Source of the DNA: Squalus acanthias
Taxonomy: Eukaryota
Direction of reading: 5' to 3'
DNA: 64,000 nucleotides
NCBI GenBank assembly: GCA_030390025.1
Contig: CM059431.1
Span: forward strand, 97,094,001 to 97,158,000
Shown here: positions 13,563 through 25,120 of the stretch, piece after piece
How positions within the stretch are numbered: position 1 is the first letter of the stretch
Layout of the letters: each line of letters starts with the position of its first letter
Made by a program: the position numbers and the translations under genes
Notes under the pieces: model-generated
What the model was told of the DNA's origin: nothing
The model's database searches: none
The model's input: only the letters and a program-made list of their open reading frames with translations

Positions 13563-14035
13563 AAAGACTTGCTGATCCAGGCCGAATTGAACAACCTACC
13601 ACCAACCCATCTCAAATCTAGAAGGCCATTTTGGACCCTCGCTGAAGCCCTTCAGTGATCTCCCCTCAGCTTTGATGACCGATGGCGAAATGCTTGGAAG
13701 AACTGTGACATACCGAATGGATAGAGGATCTCACAGTACAACCAGAAGGAGCAAACCTTCCTCGCAAACAGTGGACAACCATCAACCGCCTCAGAACCAG
13801 CCGTGGTAGATGCTGCCACCTTCTCCATAGATGGAAGTTTAAAGCATCCCCATCAGGCGACTGTGGAGCTCCTAATCAGACCCTGGAGCACATCATTGAG
13901 CACTGCCCTCAGAGGAAATTCGCAGGCAGCCTACAAGATATCCATGCTGTTACACCAGAAGCTTTGGCCTGGATATCTGACTTAGATAGTGACATTTGAT
14001 TTGCTTTGCTCCTACCATACGAAAGAAGAAGACTC
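13563..14035 (+). mobile_element. Vingi/Ingi-like LINE 3' fragment
   Basis: From 13757: LPRKQWTTINRLRTSRGRC..W..SPSGDCG..QTLEHIIEHCP (C-terminal zinc knuckle); gaagaaga tail; GTACC on both sides. Confidence 0.65.
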
Positions 14036-14324
14036 AAGTACCTTTAGAGATGTATGTACTAGAATGCCCAGATCTCTTTCTTTCTCCACCTTCTTTAATG
14101 TTTTCCCCTGAAGGGTGTATGTTGAGTATTCGCCCTGCCCACATGCATAACACTGCACGTTTCCAAGTTAAACATCGTTTGCCAGTCATGAGCCTAATCC
14201 CCCAACACATTAAGATCTGCCTGAAGCAGATGAGCATCGTCTACAGTCCTAACACTCGCACACGCGCAGATCGTAGTATCATCTGCAAATTTACAGATCG
14301 TGCCCCCAATACCTACAGCTTTTA

Positions 14325-14912
14325 TAACAATTTGTTCATGGGATGTGGGCATTGCTGGCAAGGCCAGCATTTATTGCCCATCCCTAATTTCCCTTGAGAA
14401 GGTGGTGGTGAACCGCCTTCTTGAACCGCTGTAGTCCGTGTGGTGAAGGTACTCCCACAGTGCTGTTAGGGAGTGAGTACCAGGATTTTGACCCAGCGAC
14501 GATGAAGGAACGGCGATATACTTCCAAGTCAGGATGGTGTGTGACTTGGAGGGGAACTTGGAAGTGGTGGTGTTCCCATGCACCTGCTGCCCTTGTCCTT
14601 CGAGGTGGAAGAGGTCACGGGTTTGGGAGGTGCTGCCGTAGAAGCCTTGGCAAGTTGCTGCAGTGCAACTTGTAGATGGTACACACTGCCGGTGGTGGAG
14701 GGAGTGAATGTTTAAGGTGGTGGATGGGGTGCCAATTAAGTGGGCTGCTTTGTCCTGGATGGTGTCAAGCTTCTTGAGTGTTGTTGGAGCTACACTTATC
14801 CAGGCATGTAGAGAATATTCCATCACACTCCTTACCTGTGCCTTGTAGATGGTGGAAAGGCTTTGGGGAGTCAGTAGGTGAGACACTCGCAGCAGAATAC
14901 CCAGCCTCTGAC
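14325..14912 (-). mobile_element. LINE family B (CR1/L2 superfamily) 3' fragment
   Basis: LSTIYKAQVRSVMEYS..LDTIQDKA; same 3' end as 50500-52470. Confidence 0.85.
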
Positions 14913-15143
14913 CTAGGTCATCAATAAAAAAGTAAAGAGCAACAATTCTAACTCTGATCCCTGTGGGACACCACTGGTAACTGGTCTCCAAACAGATACA
15001 AATCCATCTATAACTACTTTCTGCCTACGTCCTTCCAACCAGTTCTCAATCCAGCTCAATATATTACCACTAATACCAGAGGCTTCAAGCTTGTAAAGAA
15101 ACCTCTTGTGCGGTACCTTATCAAAAGCTTTTTGGAAGTCTAA

Positions 15144-16038
15144 GGGGGAAAAATTCAGTCGCGCCCCGTTTGGGGCGCAAATATCGTCCGGGCGCAAAAA
15201 TTAGCGCCTGGCGCTAATTATCGGCACTGACTGGAAACTTCACTTTTATCGACCCCTGAGGTGATTGGAGCGCTAAATCAGGCGCTTCACACCTGTCTTA
15301 AGGCGCAAAGGCCGAGGAGCGAGGCGCTACCTCAGAGCGCTGGCGAAGCTCATGTAATGTCAGTCAGCAATGGAACACACACACAATGGCACGGGCCAGT
15401 TCTTAAAGGGGATGGTTAATCTTGCTTTCCATCCACATCCTACTCATTGCAGCCTTGAATCTCGGCCTGGAGAGACCTGCACATCAAATCTGCTGGAAAG
15501 AACAATGGAGAGTACGAGGCAAAGAGCTCAGAGTGCAGCCCCCACAGTCTCTCCTAAATCGATACAAGGAATGGCAAATCAAAATGAACCTGCAAAGTGC
15601 TGCTCAGTACCCAAAACTCCTTCACACAACGTTGAAACTCTCCAGAAGTCTCTCTCTCTCTCTCTCTCAGAATGCGTAGTTCAAAAATGGCACCAACAAT
15701 AAAAGGCAGGAAGCGGTCACCTTTAAATAGCGCTCCCCCTTTCCCTTCATGACTGCAGAACGCTCCCTTCAACCTGTCGTTGCTAGCATCAGGCGGTAAG
15801 GCAGGGGGCGCCACTCAATATCCGCTCCGGGGCGATACCGGGGCGTTGTGCACTCGACTGACGTCACGATCTGCCGGCGCAGGAGATCGTGGCGGTAGTG
15901 TTTAGCGCCGCCGCAAAATGTCTAGTTAATTTCGCGAGCGGCGCAAACTTCGCCGCGCCCGGGCGCTAGCTGCTTTGCGCCCCATTAGCGCCCTCTTAAG
16001 GCGCTAACGGGAGGCGCAACCAACTGAATTTTTCCCCC
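15144..16038 (+). mobile_element. Harbinger MITE copy 1 (895 bp)
   Basis: TIRs GGGGGAAAAATTCAGT / ACTGAATTTTTCCCCC; TSD TAA (15141-15143, 16039-16041); ends homologous to 58034-62194. Confidence 0.95.
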
Positions 16039-16341
16039 TAAATAACCAATGTCTACTGGGCTTCCCTCATCCAGCATCTTTGTAACTTCTTCAAAAAATA
16101 ATTAGATTTTTAGACTTGACCTCCTTTTTATGAAGCCATGTTGGGTGTCCCTAGTATGTCCCTCTCTATTCAAGTAATTATACTAGTTTTTTTTCTTTCT
16201 TTGTGGGCACTGAAGTGGTATGCACAGAGTGATCTTAAATGGAGTGCTTCTACACAGAGTGTTAAAGTTGGGAATTTGGAGAGAGTGGGAATTTGGAGCA
16301 GAGGGGGAAGGACGTGCTGCTTTTTGCGTCCAATACTTATA

Positions 16342-17208
16342 GGGGGAAAAATTCAGTTGGTTGCGCCTCCCATTAGCGCCTTAAGAGGACGCTAATGGGG
16401 CGCAAAGCAACTAGTGCCCGGGCGCGGCGATGTTTGCGCCGCTCGCGAAATTAACTAGACATTTTGCGGCGGCGCTAAACAGTACCGCCACGATCTCCTG
16501 CGCTGGCAGATCGTGACATCAGTCGAGTGCGCAACGCCCCGGTAGCGCCCCGGAGTGGATATTGAGTGGCGCCCCCTGCCTTACCGCCTGACGTTTTATA
16601 GTCAGGAAGGGACTGGGGGAGCGCTATTTAAAGGCGACCGCTTCCTGCCTTTTATTGTTCGCGATATTTTTGATCCACGCATTCTGAGAGAGAGAGAGAG
16701 AGACTTCTGGAGAGATTCAACGCTGTGCGAAGGAGTTTTGGGTACTGAGCAGCACTTTGCAGGTTCATTTTGATTTGCCCTTCCTTGTATCGATTTAGAA
16801 GAGAGTGGGGGGGCTGCACTCTGAGCTCTTTCCCTGGGCCTCTTCATTGTTATTTTCAGCAGATTTTATGTACAGGTCTCTCCAGGCCAAGATTCAAGGC
16901 TGCAATGAGCAGGATGTGGATGGAAAGCAAGAGCAACCCTCCCCTTTAAGAACTGGCCGGGGCCATTGTGTGTGTGTTCCATTGCTGACTGACATCACAT
17001 GAGCTTCGCCAGCGCTCTGAGTTAGCGCCTCGCTCCTCGGCCTTTGTGCCTTAAGACAGATGTGTAGCACCTGATTTAGCGCTCCAATCACCTCCAGGGG
17101 CGATAAAAGTCAAGTTTGCAGTCGGAGGTGATAGTTAGCGCCAGGCGCTAATCTTTGCGCCCGGCCGATAATTGTGCCCCAAACGGGGCGATACTGAATT
17201 TTTCCCCC
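16342..17208 (-). mobile_element. Harbinger MITE copy 2 (867 bp, opposite orientation)
   Basis: Same TIRs; TSD ATA (16339-16341, 17209-17211); the empty site matches the CR1 5' UTR at ~2150-2178 (minus). Confidence 0.95.
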
Positions 17209-20099
17209 ATAGTGCTTTATGTTACAGGTCAATATTTAATTTTGTCTACCTAGAACTTAAACTAGATTGAGTAATTAGTTAAAAGTTAAACTATAAGCTA
17301 AGTTAATTAAATACATAAATTTTAATTAACGAAATAAATAAAACAAGGTTATTAAAGGATGGCAGTGCCGGTGGTGCAACATGTGGGGGTTTGTGGAGAG
17401 CATCACGATCCTGGACGACCACGTCTGCAGTAAGTGTCTGCATCTCAAAGAAATTCAGCTCAGAGTTGTTGAGTTGGAGTCCAAGGTGCAGAAATTGTGG
17501 GGCATCAGGGAGGGGAAGAGTTATCGGGACACTTTGATCCAGGATGCCGTCACACCCTTTAGGTTAGATAGTGGTACAAGTTTGGTTAGTGGTCAGGGAC
17601 AGGAGGGTGTGACTGCAACTCAGGCAGGTAAGGGGACCCCCCAGGTGCAGTGCTGGAGGTGCCTCGGCCTTTGCCCTTATCCAACAGGTATGAGGTTCTT
17701 GCTGCCTGTATGGATGAAGGAAAAGTCTGCAGGATGGATGAGCAAACTGACCACGGCACCATGGGGGAAGTGAAAAGGAATGTTGTAGTGGCAGGGGACA
17801 GTATAGTCAGGGGGATAGATACTATTCTCTGCAGCTGCAACCAGGAGTTCCGAAGGCTGTATTGCCTGTCCGGTGCCAGGGTTAAGGATATCTCCTCGTG
17901 GCTGGAGAAGAATTTGGAGTGGGAGGCGGAGGATCCAATTGTTGTGGTTCATGTAGGAACCAACGACATAGGTAGAACTAGGAATGAGGTTCTGATGAGA
18001 GAGCTTGAGGAGCTAGGGTCTAAAGTAAAAAGTAGAACCTCAAAGGTGATAATCTTTGGATTGTTACCTGAGCCATGTTCAAATTGGCATAGGGACAAGC
18101 AGATCAGAGAGTTAAATGCATGGCTCAAAGAGTGGTGTGGGAGGAAGGGGTTTCAATTCAAGTGGCACTGGCAGCAGCACTGGGGAAAGATGGAGTGGTT
18201 CCGTTGGGACGGTCTCCACTTAAACCGGGCTGGGACCAGTGTCCTGGTGAATTGAATAACTAGGCTGTAGATAGGGCTTTAAACTATCAGGTGAGGGGTC
18301 AGATGAGGGGAAATTTAGAAATCAATGGAGCAGTGTAGCAATTTGGGTAAAGGTAAGCAGAGTGTGATAGGAAGGGTCAAGGTGCATTAGCGAATAAGGT
18401 GAAAGCAGGGAATAATGGTGAAAAGTTAAAATTAAATGCTCTTTATCTGAATGCACAAACCATTCGTAACAAGATAGATGAATTAGTGGCACAAATAGAG
18501 ATAAATGGCTTTGATCTAATAGCCATTACAGAGACATGGTTGCAAGGTGACCAAGGTTGGGATCTAAATATTCCTGGGTACTTGACATTTCAAAAAGACA
18601 GGCAGAATGGAAAAGGAGGGGGGTAGCCCTGGTAATAAAGGATGACATAAGGACAGTAGTGAGAAAGGATCTTGGCTCAGAAGATCAGGAAGTAGAATCG
18701 GTATGGGTGGAGATAAGAAATAACAAGGCGCAAAAAACACTGGTGGGAGTAGTTTATAAGCCCCCAAACATTAGCTATACCGTTGGACAGAGTATTAATA
18801 AACAAATAATAGGAGCTTGTAACAAAGGCAATACAATAATCATGGGGGACTTCAATCTTCATATAGACTGGGCAAATCAAATTGGCAAAGGTTATATGGA
18901 GGATGAGTTCATGGAATGCATTTGAGACAGTTTCCTAGAACAATATGCCATGGAACCAACCAGGGAACCAGTTATTTTAGATCTTGTATTGTGTAATGAG
19001 ATAGGGTTAATTAGTAATCTCATAGTAAAGGATCCTCTGAGGAAGAGTGATCATAATATGATCCATCCATGGCTAACTAAAGAAGTTAAGGATAGTATTA
19101 GATTAAAAGAAGAGGCTCATATTGTAGTAAGCCTGAGGATTGGGAGAACTTTAGAAACCAGCAAAGGATGACCAAAAAATTGATTAAAAGGGAGAAAATA
19201 GAATATGAGAGTAAACTAACAAGAAATAGAAAAACAGATTGTAAGAGCATCTACAAGAATGCAAAAAGGAAGAGAGTAGCAAAAGGAAGCATTGGTCCCT
19301 TAGAGGAAGAGACAGGAGAATTTATAATGGGGAATAGGGAAATGGCAAAGACTTTAAACACATATTTTGTATCTGTCTTCACAGTAGAAGACACAAAACG
19401 CATACCAAAAATAGTGGGGAACAAAGGGGCTATTAAGAGTGAGGAACTTACAGTAATTAATATCAGTAGAGAAAAAGTACTTGAGAAACTAATGGGACTA
19501 AAAGCCGACAAATCCCCTGGACCTGATGGCCTACATCCTAGGGTCCTAAAAGAGGTGGCTGAAGAGATAGTGGATACATTGGTATTGATCTTCCAAAATT
19601 CCCTAGATTCTGGAATGGCCCCAGCGGGTCGGAAGGTTGCAAATATAACACCGCTATTCAAGAAAGGAGGGAGAGAGAAAATGGGGAACTACAGGTCAGT
19701 TAGCCTGACATCAGTCATCGGGAAAATGCTGGAATCCATTGTTAAGGAAGTGGTATCAAGTCACTTAGAAAATCATAACATGATTAGGCAGAGTCAACAT
19801 GGTTTTATGAAAGGGAAATCGTGTTTGACAAATTTATTAGAGATTTTTGAGGATGTAACTAGCAGGTTAGATAAAAGGGAACCAGTGGCTGTACTATATT
19901 TGGATTTCCAAAAGGCATTCAATAAAGTGCCACATAAAAGGTTGTTACACAAGATAAGGGCTCATGGGGTTGGGAGTGATATATTAGTATGGATAGAGGA
20001 TTCGTTAACGGACAGAAAACAGAGAGTAGGGATAAACGGATCATCTTCCGGTTGGCAGGCTGTAACCAGTGGGGTGCTTCAAGGATCAGTGCTTGGGCC

Positions 20100-21068
20100 T
20101 GTTAGAAATTAGAGTATCCAAAATATATGGGGTTATGCAAATAATACTGTGCCTAGATGATTGTATTAGCACTTGAGACAAAAAGTCTCTTCAGACTAGT
20201 ATTAGAATAACTGGTTAGATGCTTAGAATTTGCTTATGTTTTGGTTCCCTGCGGATGTTATAACATTCTGCACCGTGGTGGTGACCTTGTTTCCAGACTA
20301 ACTGTCTGCTGTTTGTGTGCTGGAAAGGTTGTTGACTGTATCTTTGATTTGGCCAACCGAGACCCAACGCCTAGGTTTCTTCCATTATTACTAATAACCA
20401 TATTATAATGCTAAGTTAGTATTTTGACTTTGTTTAACAAAGCTGCTTTAAAATGCGTAAGTTAATTAAGTATAATGACATAGAATAGAAGATATCTTTG
20501 GGAATTTAATGATTCATTCCATGGTACAATAGTTGCATGAACAGCATGAACATAAATAACTGATAACAAGCAGTTACGAACATCTGATGGCCAAGAATGG
20601 CATGTCTGACTCCAAACTAAGGAGGATAGGGACAAGGGAGGTAAGAGAAATTCTGATGGGTAGGCTTTCAAAACATATAAACACTAAAGCCTTTGTAATG
20701 ATTGTGAAGACCCCTCCTGGAGGGAGGATCTTCATCTCGAAGTTGAGACAAAGAACTTGACGTGCCATTGGGCACCTTGGTTTAGGAAGAACCCTTACAG
20801 GTCAGATAGCCCTGTCCATATCCTACTTTAGGCCCACCCCTAAAAAGAGAATAAAAGAAAGACCTAGCGAGCTTTTTCTCAGAGACGGTGAAGGGGTCCG
20901 GTACCAGCTGCTTGTCACGGTCGTATGATTTTGCTGCATAACTAGTGTGTTATAATCCATCTTAAACTCTGATTAAACACAATATTCTCACCATTTTGGT
21001 TTGCAGTCGATCCTGATTATTTGAAAGACCAGAGATAAGCTAACATCTACAAATTGGCTAATCTAACA
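20100..21068 (+). repeat. 5' LTR (969 bp)
   Basis: Direct repeat of 32873-33840, roughly 35 differences counted by eye. Confidence 0.95.
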
Positions 21069-21069
21069 G

Positions 21070-21087
21070 TGGCGACCACGAAGGGAC
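21070..21087 (+). promoter_or_regulatory. Primer binding site, tRNA-Arg(TCG)-type
   Basis: TGGCGACCACGAAGGGAC, one base after the LTR; its reverse complement GTCCCTTCGTGGTCGCCA matches the 3' end of vertebrate tRNA-Arg(TCG) as recalled. Confidence 0.85.
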
Positions 21088-21222
21088 TGCAAAAGGGTTA
21101 TTGTGAAGAAACGAGTGAAAGACGGACGTGGTTTATAACATCATCAAATGGTACCAGGTGTGACAATAGAGTGGGAAAACTTGACAGAGAGGGTGCGTTT
21201 CGTTACTGAAACCTAAAACAGA

Positions 21223-21492
21223 ATGTCGGGTGCTTATTATAGAGATAAAGTCGTGGACAGTCTCCCAGAGAATTTAGGGGTCCAGGGGGCTCAAGAGGTT
21301 ATCAGAGTCGTCCAAAAAGACAGATTTAGTTACTCCAAGCGCTTGGACAAGATAGCATCCCAAGTGAATGAGAAGAAAATTAAGCTTAAGACAGCCAGAA
21401 ATAAACTGGCCTACTTGTGTGCCACCCGCTTGGAAGAAGAACTCGAGCTCTCAAAAGAACAAATTGCTCTACTTAACAGAGAGGTGGAACAG
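21223..21492 (+). pseudogene. Putative gag N-terminus of the LTR element, cut by a SINE
   Basis: ATG-initiated ORF 135 bp after the PBS with a helical/coiled-coil pattern (RLEEELELSKEQIALLNREVEQ); no diagnostic gag motif. Confidence 0.5.
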
Positions 21493-21821
21493 CAAGGTCC
21501 CACAAACAGCAATGTGATAATGACCAGATAATCTGTTTTTTGTTATATTGGTTGAGGGATAAATATTGGCCAGGACACCGGGGATAACTCCCTTGCTCTT
21601 CTTCAAAATAGTGCCATGTGATCTTTTACGTCCATCTGAGAGAGCATTTGGGGCCTCAGTTTTAACATCTCATCCGAAAGACAGCACCCCCAACAGTGCA
21701 GCACTCCCTCAGCACTGCCCTGAAGTGTCAGCCTAGCTTTATGTGCTCAAGTTCGTGGAGTGGGACTTGAACCCACAACCTTCTGACTCAGAGGCGAGTG
21801 TGCTACCAACTGAGCCACAGC
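21493..21821 (-). mobile_element. Deu-SINE-like copy (3'-truncated)
   Basis: Reverse complement of the 11208 family, with A and B boxes at the right end. Confidence 0.85.
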
Positions 21822-22030
21822 GAAAATAAAACACAAGATTTGCTGAGTGAAAGGAACCTTAAAGGAATGCTGGAATTTCAGTTTATGTGAAAGTGTGTGT
21901 TAAAGTGTGGAAGTTTTCCTGAGTATGAAGTTACAGTATTCCTTTTGTCTGAAAGTCTGTCTTTAAAATAAAGTGTCTGTTATGTTTAGCTCTCTGTGCA
22001 TAGAGCTAAAAGCCATTTAACCCTTTGTAG

Positions 22031-22160
22031 AAAAGTAAAATACTGCGGATGCTGGAAATCTGAAATAAAAACAGAAAATGCTGGAAATACTCAGCAGGTC
22101 AGGCAGCATCTGTGGAGAGAGAAACAGAGTTAATGTTTCAGGTCGATGACCCTTCGTCAG
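22031..22160 (-). mobile_element. Penelope-type short insertion with a 12-bp TSD
   Basis: AACCCTTTGTAG at 22019-22030 and 22161-22172; contains the hammerhead core. Confidence 0.8.
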
Positions 22161-22164
22161 AACC
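22128..22164 (-). ncRNA. Minimal type I hammerhead ribozyme motif
   Basis: Minus strand GGUU-CUGACGA-AGGGUCAUCGACCU-GAAA-CA-UU^AACU: both core boxes, stem II and stem I present; helix III reads ACAU instead of ACGU (CpG decay). Confidence 0.7.
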
Positions 22165-22850
22165 CTTTGTAGTCTTGTCTTGGACTTTGGAAGCTTTAAG
22201 AAGGTGCGAATGTGTTGAATATGTTCATTTCAATTTAAAATTGTGTACCTAGAAGAAGGAGAAACTTTGTGATTTGCATTTTAAGTTAAAGACACTGCTG
22301 TGGATATATTTTGACTGGGACAGCTTGTACAGCAAACTGTAAATCAGAGCCAGTTTGTTTTACAAAAGATAAGCTTCAGCCTTGAAGTTACAGTTTCCAT
22401 GGTTTCTGATCGTGTCTGGTAGAAAATGAATCTGGACTTTTGAAAGTATTTTTCTGAAAGCACACATTTTTAATCGGATTACAAAAAAATGATTTGCTAT
22501 TGTTTTTTGTGGTTTAAATTAAAAATGTGTGATTTTATTTTAAATCAATTTGAATGTTTACAAAGCACTGTCTTCTTAATTTGGTTACTGCAAGTCCGAG
22601 ACGCCCACTCGCAAAGTTTTTGACAAGTAAGAAGTAATCAGTAATTATAAATTGGGTTGAAGAGAAAAAGTAAATTAGTCTGTGATGAAATAAAGAAAGG
22701 AGAAAATGAAAGATTCTGTCCCTTTCCTACTTTCAGTGTAGTGTCCCTTAAAAAACACTTGTATGAATGTTTCAAAGCTACAAGCTGAGGGAAGCTCTGC
22801 CCTCTTTTTCCTGTAAAATAGTCATGATTTGGTTAAATGTCAAAAACTAA

Positions 22851-23573
22851 GGGGAAAAATTCAGTTGCTTTGCACCTCCCGTTAGCGCCCTGAGGGGGCG
22901 CTAACGGGGCGCAAAGCACCTAGCACCTAGGCGCGGCGCCGCTAACGCCTCCTGTGAAATTCAGCGGGAGGTTAGCAGTGGCTGTAGCCGGTAGCACCCC
23001 ACAGTGCTGCGCTTCTGGCGATGACATCATCGCCGTGCGCAGCACCCCGCTCACAAACTTGGTTCGCGCCCCCTGTCCTACCTCCGGACGCTGCGTCCGA
23101 CAGGGTCAGGGTGCTGTGTTTGCGGCCGGGGCGGCGAAATTAAAGGCAAGGTGCTGGGCGGCCATTTTCTTTTGGGCCGCCTGCCAGCACCTGCTCCCTC
23201 TCACCTCCTCCTGCACGGTGCTGGCCGCGATCGGTCAGCCCGGTACTCCTCTTGAGTGCCGGGCTCTTTTGCCGGCACCCTGCTCCCCGGTGGTCCAGCA
23301 GGGCCCCGGTGCGCGCTGCGCTAGGCCCGTCCCCTTTAATCAGGGGAGGGAGACCTGCAGTACCGCGGCGCTATGTGCTGGTCCGTGTGGCGCTGCTACA
23401 CGTAGCACCGCGATATTGAATGGGAGCGCCCCAAGAGGGAGGGGGAGCGCTTCCAGTAGCACCCCGCCTCCTGCTTGGGGTGCTACCATTCAATTTCGGG
23501 CGCGGGGGCACTAACTTTTTCGCACCCCGGCGTAGTTAGCGCCCCAGAGGGGGCACGACCCAATTTTTCCCCC
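22851..23573. mobile_element. Harbinger MITE, related subfamily (723 bp)
   Basis: TIRs GGGGAAAAATT / AATTTTTCCCC; TSD TAA (22848-22850, 23574-23576); TTAGCGCC subterminal motifs; different GC-rich interior. Confidence 0.9.
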
Positions 23574-25120
23574 TAATTGTTTTCCAGTTATTTTCTGTAT
23601 TTTTACAGTCATTTGAAAAGGCAGCTGATGGATGAAAGGACGAAAAGAAATATGATGTGATTTACTGGGTTTGTGTAAGCATGTGCTATTTTGTTTTATT
23701 GTATCATGTTTAGTTGATAAAATATTGGGCTGAATTAAATTGGAATTATTAACGTTAACGAACTACGATTAAATTGTGAAAACCCAACTGTCTTTTTCGA
23801 TCGGGAAAGTTTTTTTTAAATTTACGTGAATTGACGCAATTGCGTGCATCTGACAATATTTGCTCCGCCTTCTTATAAACCTGCAAAGGAGTTAACCCTT
23901 TCCGCTGACAGCTGTTTTTTTTTAATTCACCACACAACTTTTGTATTGCTGAATGAAATTTAAAGAAATTGGACATTATTAAATTTAAGTTTCTTAATTT
24001 TAAGTTAATATTTCCCCACAGTGACAGAAGGAAAAAAATTATAATTTATCAAATTAACCCCTTGGGCTCTTAAGCAGAGCCACAATGGATTCTCTGCTCT
24101 CTTTTGTTATATGGAAGTTACCTTGTAAACTAATTGCAGCACTTCTGTCTCTAATGTTAAAACACGCTGTAAACCACCTAGCCTGGGAATCATTTGCTTC
24201 TGAAATTGGAGCTGGTAAGATAAGATACCGGAAGGGGAAATCTACCTGAAGTTAAAGTGGATAATTAAATTTTCATTAAAATAAACTGGTTGAGAGCAGT
24301 CTAGGTGGTCCTGCCAATTCCTGTGTATCAAGGAAGAAAGTTTGTGGGGAAATAAAATTGAACATTGACAAAACCTGTCAGTCCAACAATACTGCTATTT
24401 CGATTTTGGAATCATTTTGAACTGATAAAATGGACTCAGGCATAATATGGTGGGTATGAAAGAATTTAAAAATGTGTGTTAATAACTGAGACCAAGTAGG
24501 AACGTTCTTTAATATTGTACTGGACAGTAATGTTCCTCCAGAGCTCATGAATGAGATATGATTGGTAATTAATGGGATGCCCCACTTACAATTCTTTCTT
24601 TCTCTCTCCCACAGAGCGGTCGGCAGCGGGGAAGGAGGAGCAGACCTGGTTGGAGCGGCAGAGGCCTGAGGTGAGTCAATAAAGGGAGGCCCGAGGCTCA
24701 GGTAGGCCTCAGACCAGCGTCAACAGCGGGGGAGGAGGAGCCTTTCTTTCTTTCTCTCTCCCACAGAGCGGTCGGCAGCGGGGAAGGAGGAGCGGACCTG
24801 GTTGGAGCGGCAGAGGCCTGAGGTGAGTCATTAAACTCACCTACGTGGCCTTTTTCCCCAGCGGGGTAAGAGCTTCGCGGGCTTTTTCAAAGGCAGGGGG
24901 CGGGGCCAAATCATTGGTACCCGTATATAGGTGGAGCGGTTGCTAAACCCGAGACACTACACTAGTAGTGACTCCCACCCTCCCACCTCCTCTAACCTTT
25001 AGGGGTAGAGGGAATTTAAAAGGTAGGTTCGATTTTATATTTTGATTTCAGGGACTTAACTCCTGGACCTAAGTTAAATAAGTTTAAATTTTAGTAATAA
25101 AGTAACATAAGGGTTAAGTC

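Larger units (their letters stand above)
12720..16185 (-). mobile_element. Decayed CR1 LINE (RT to 3' UTR) interrupted by three insertions
   Basis: ORFs 13091..13303 and 14913..15143; removing the inserts restores FIDDL..VGIGGTICKFADD and VDIGYLDFQKAFDKVPH. Confidence 0.85.

Noticed and set aside
15370..15702. Conserved ORF repeated at 55163..55516
   Set aside because: Similarity comes from MITE copies; only about 9 codons derive from a real gene.
22954..23514. 186-aa ORF
   Set aside because: GC-rich MITE interior, non-ATG start, no motifs.
24060..24150. Possible RNase H remnant (WALK..EVTL) in the LTR interior
   Set aside because: Too short and degenerate to support without a profile search.
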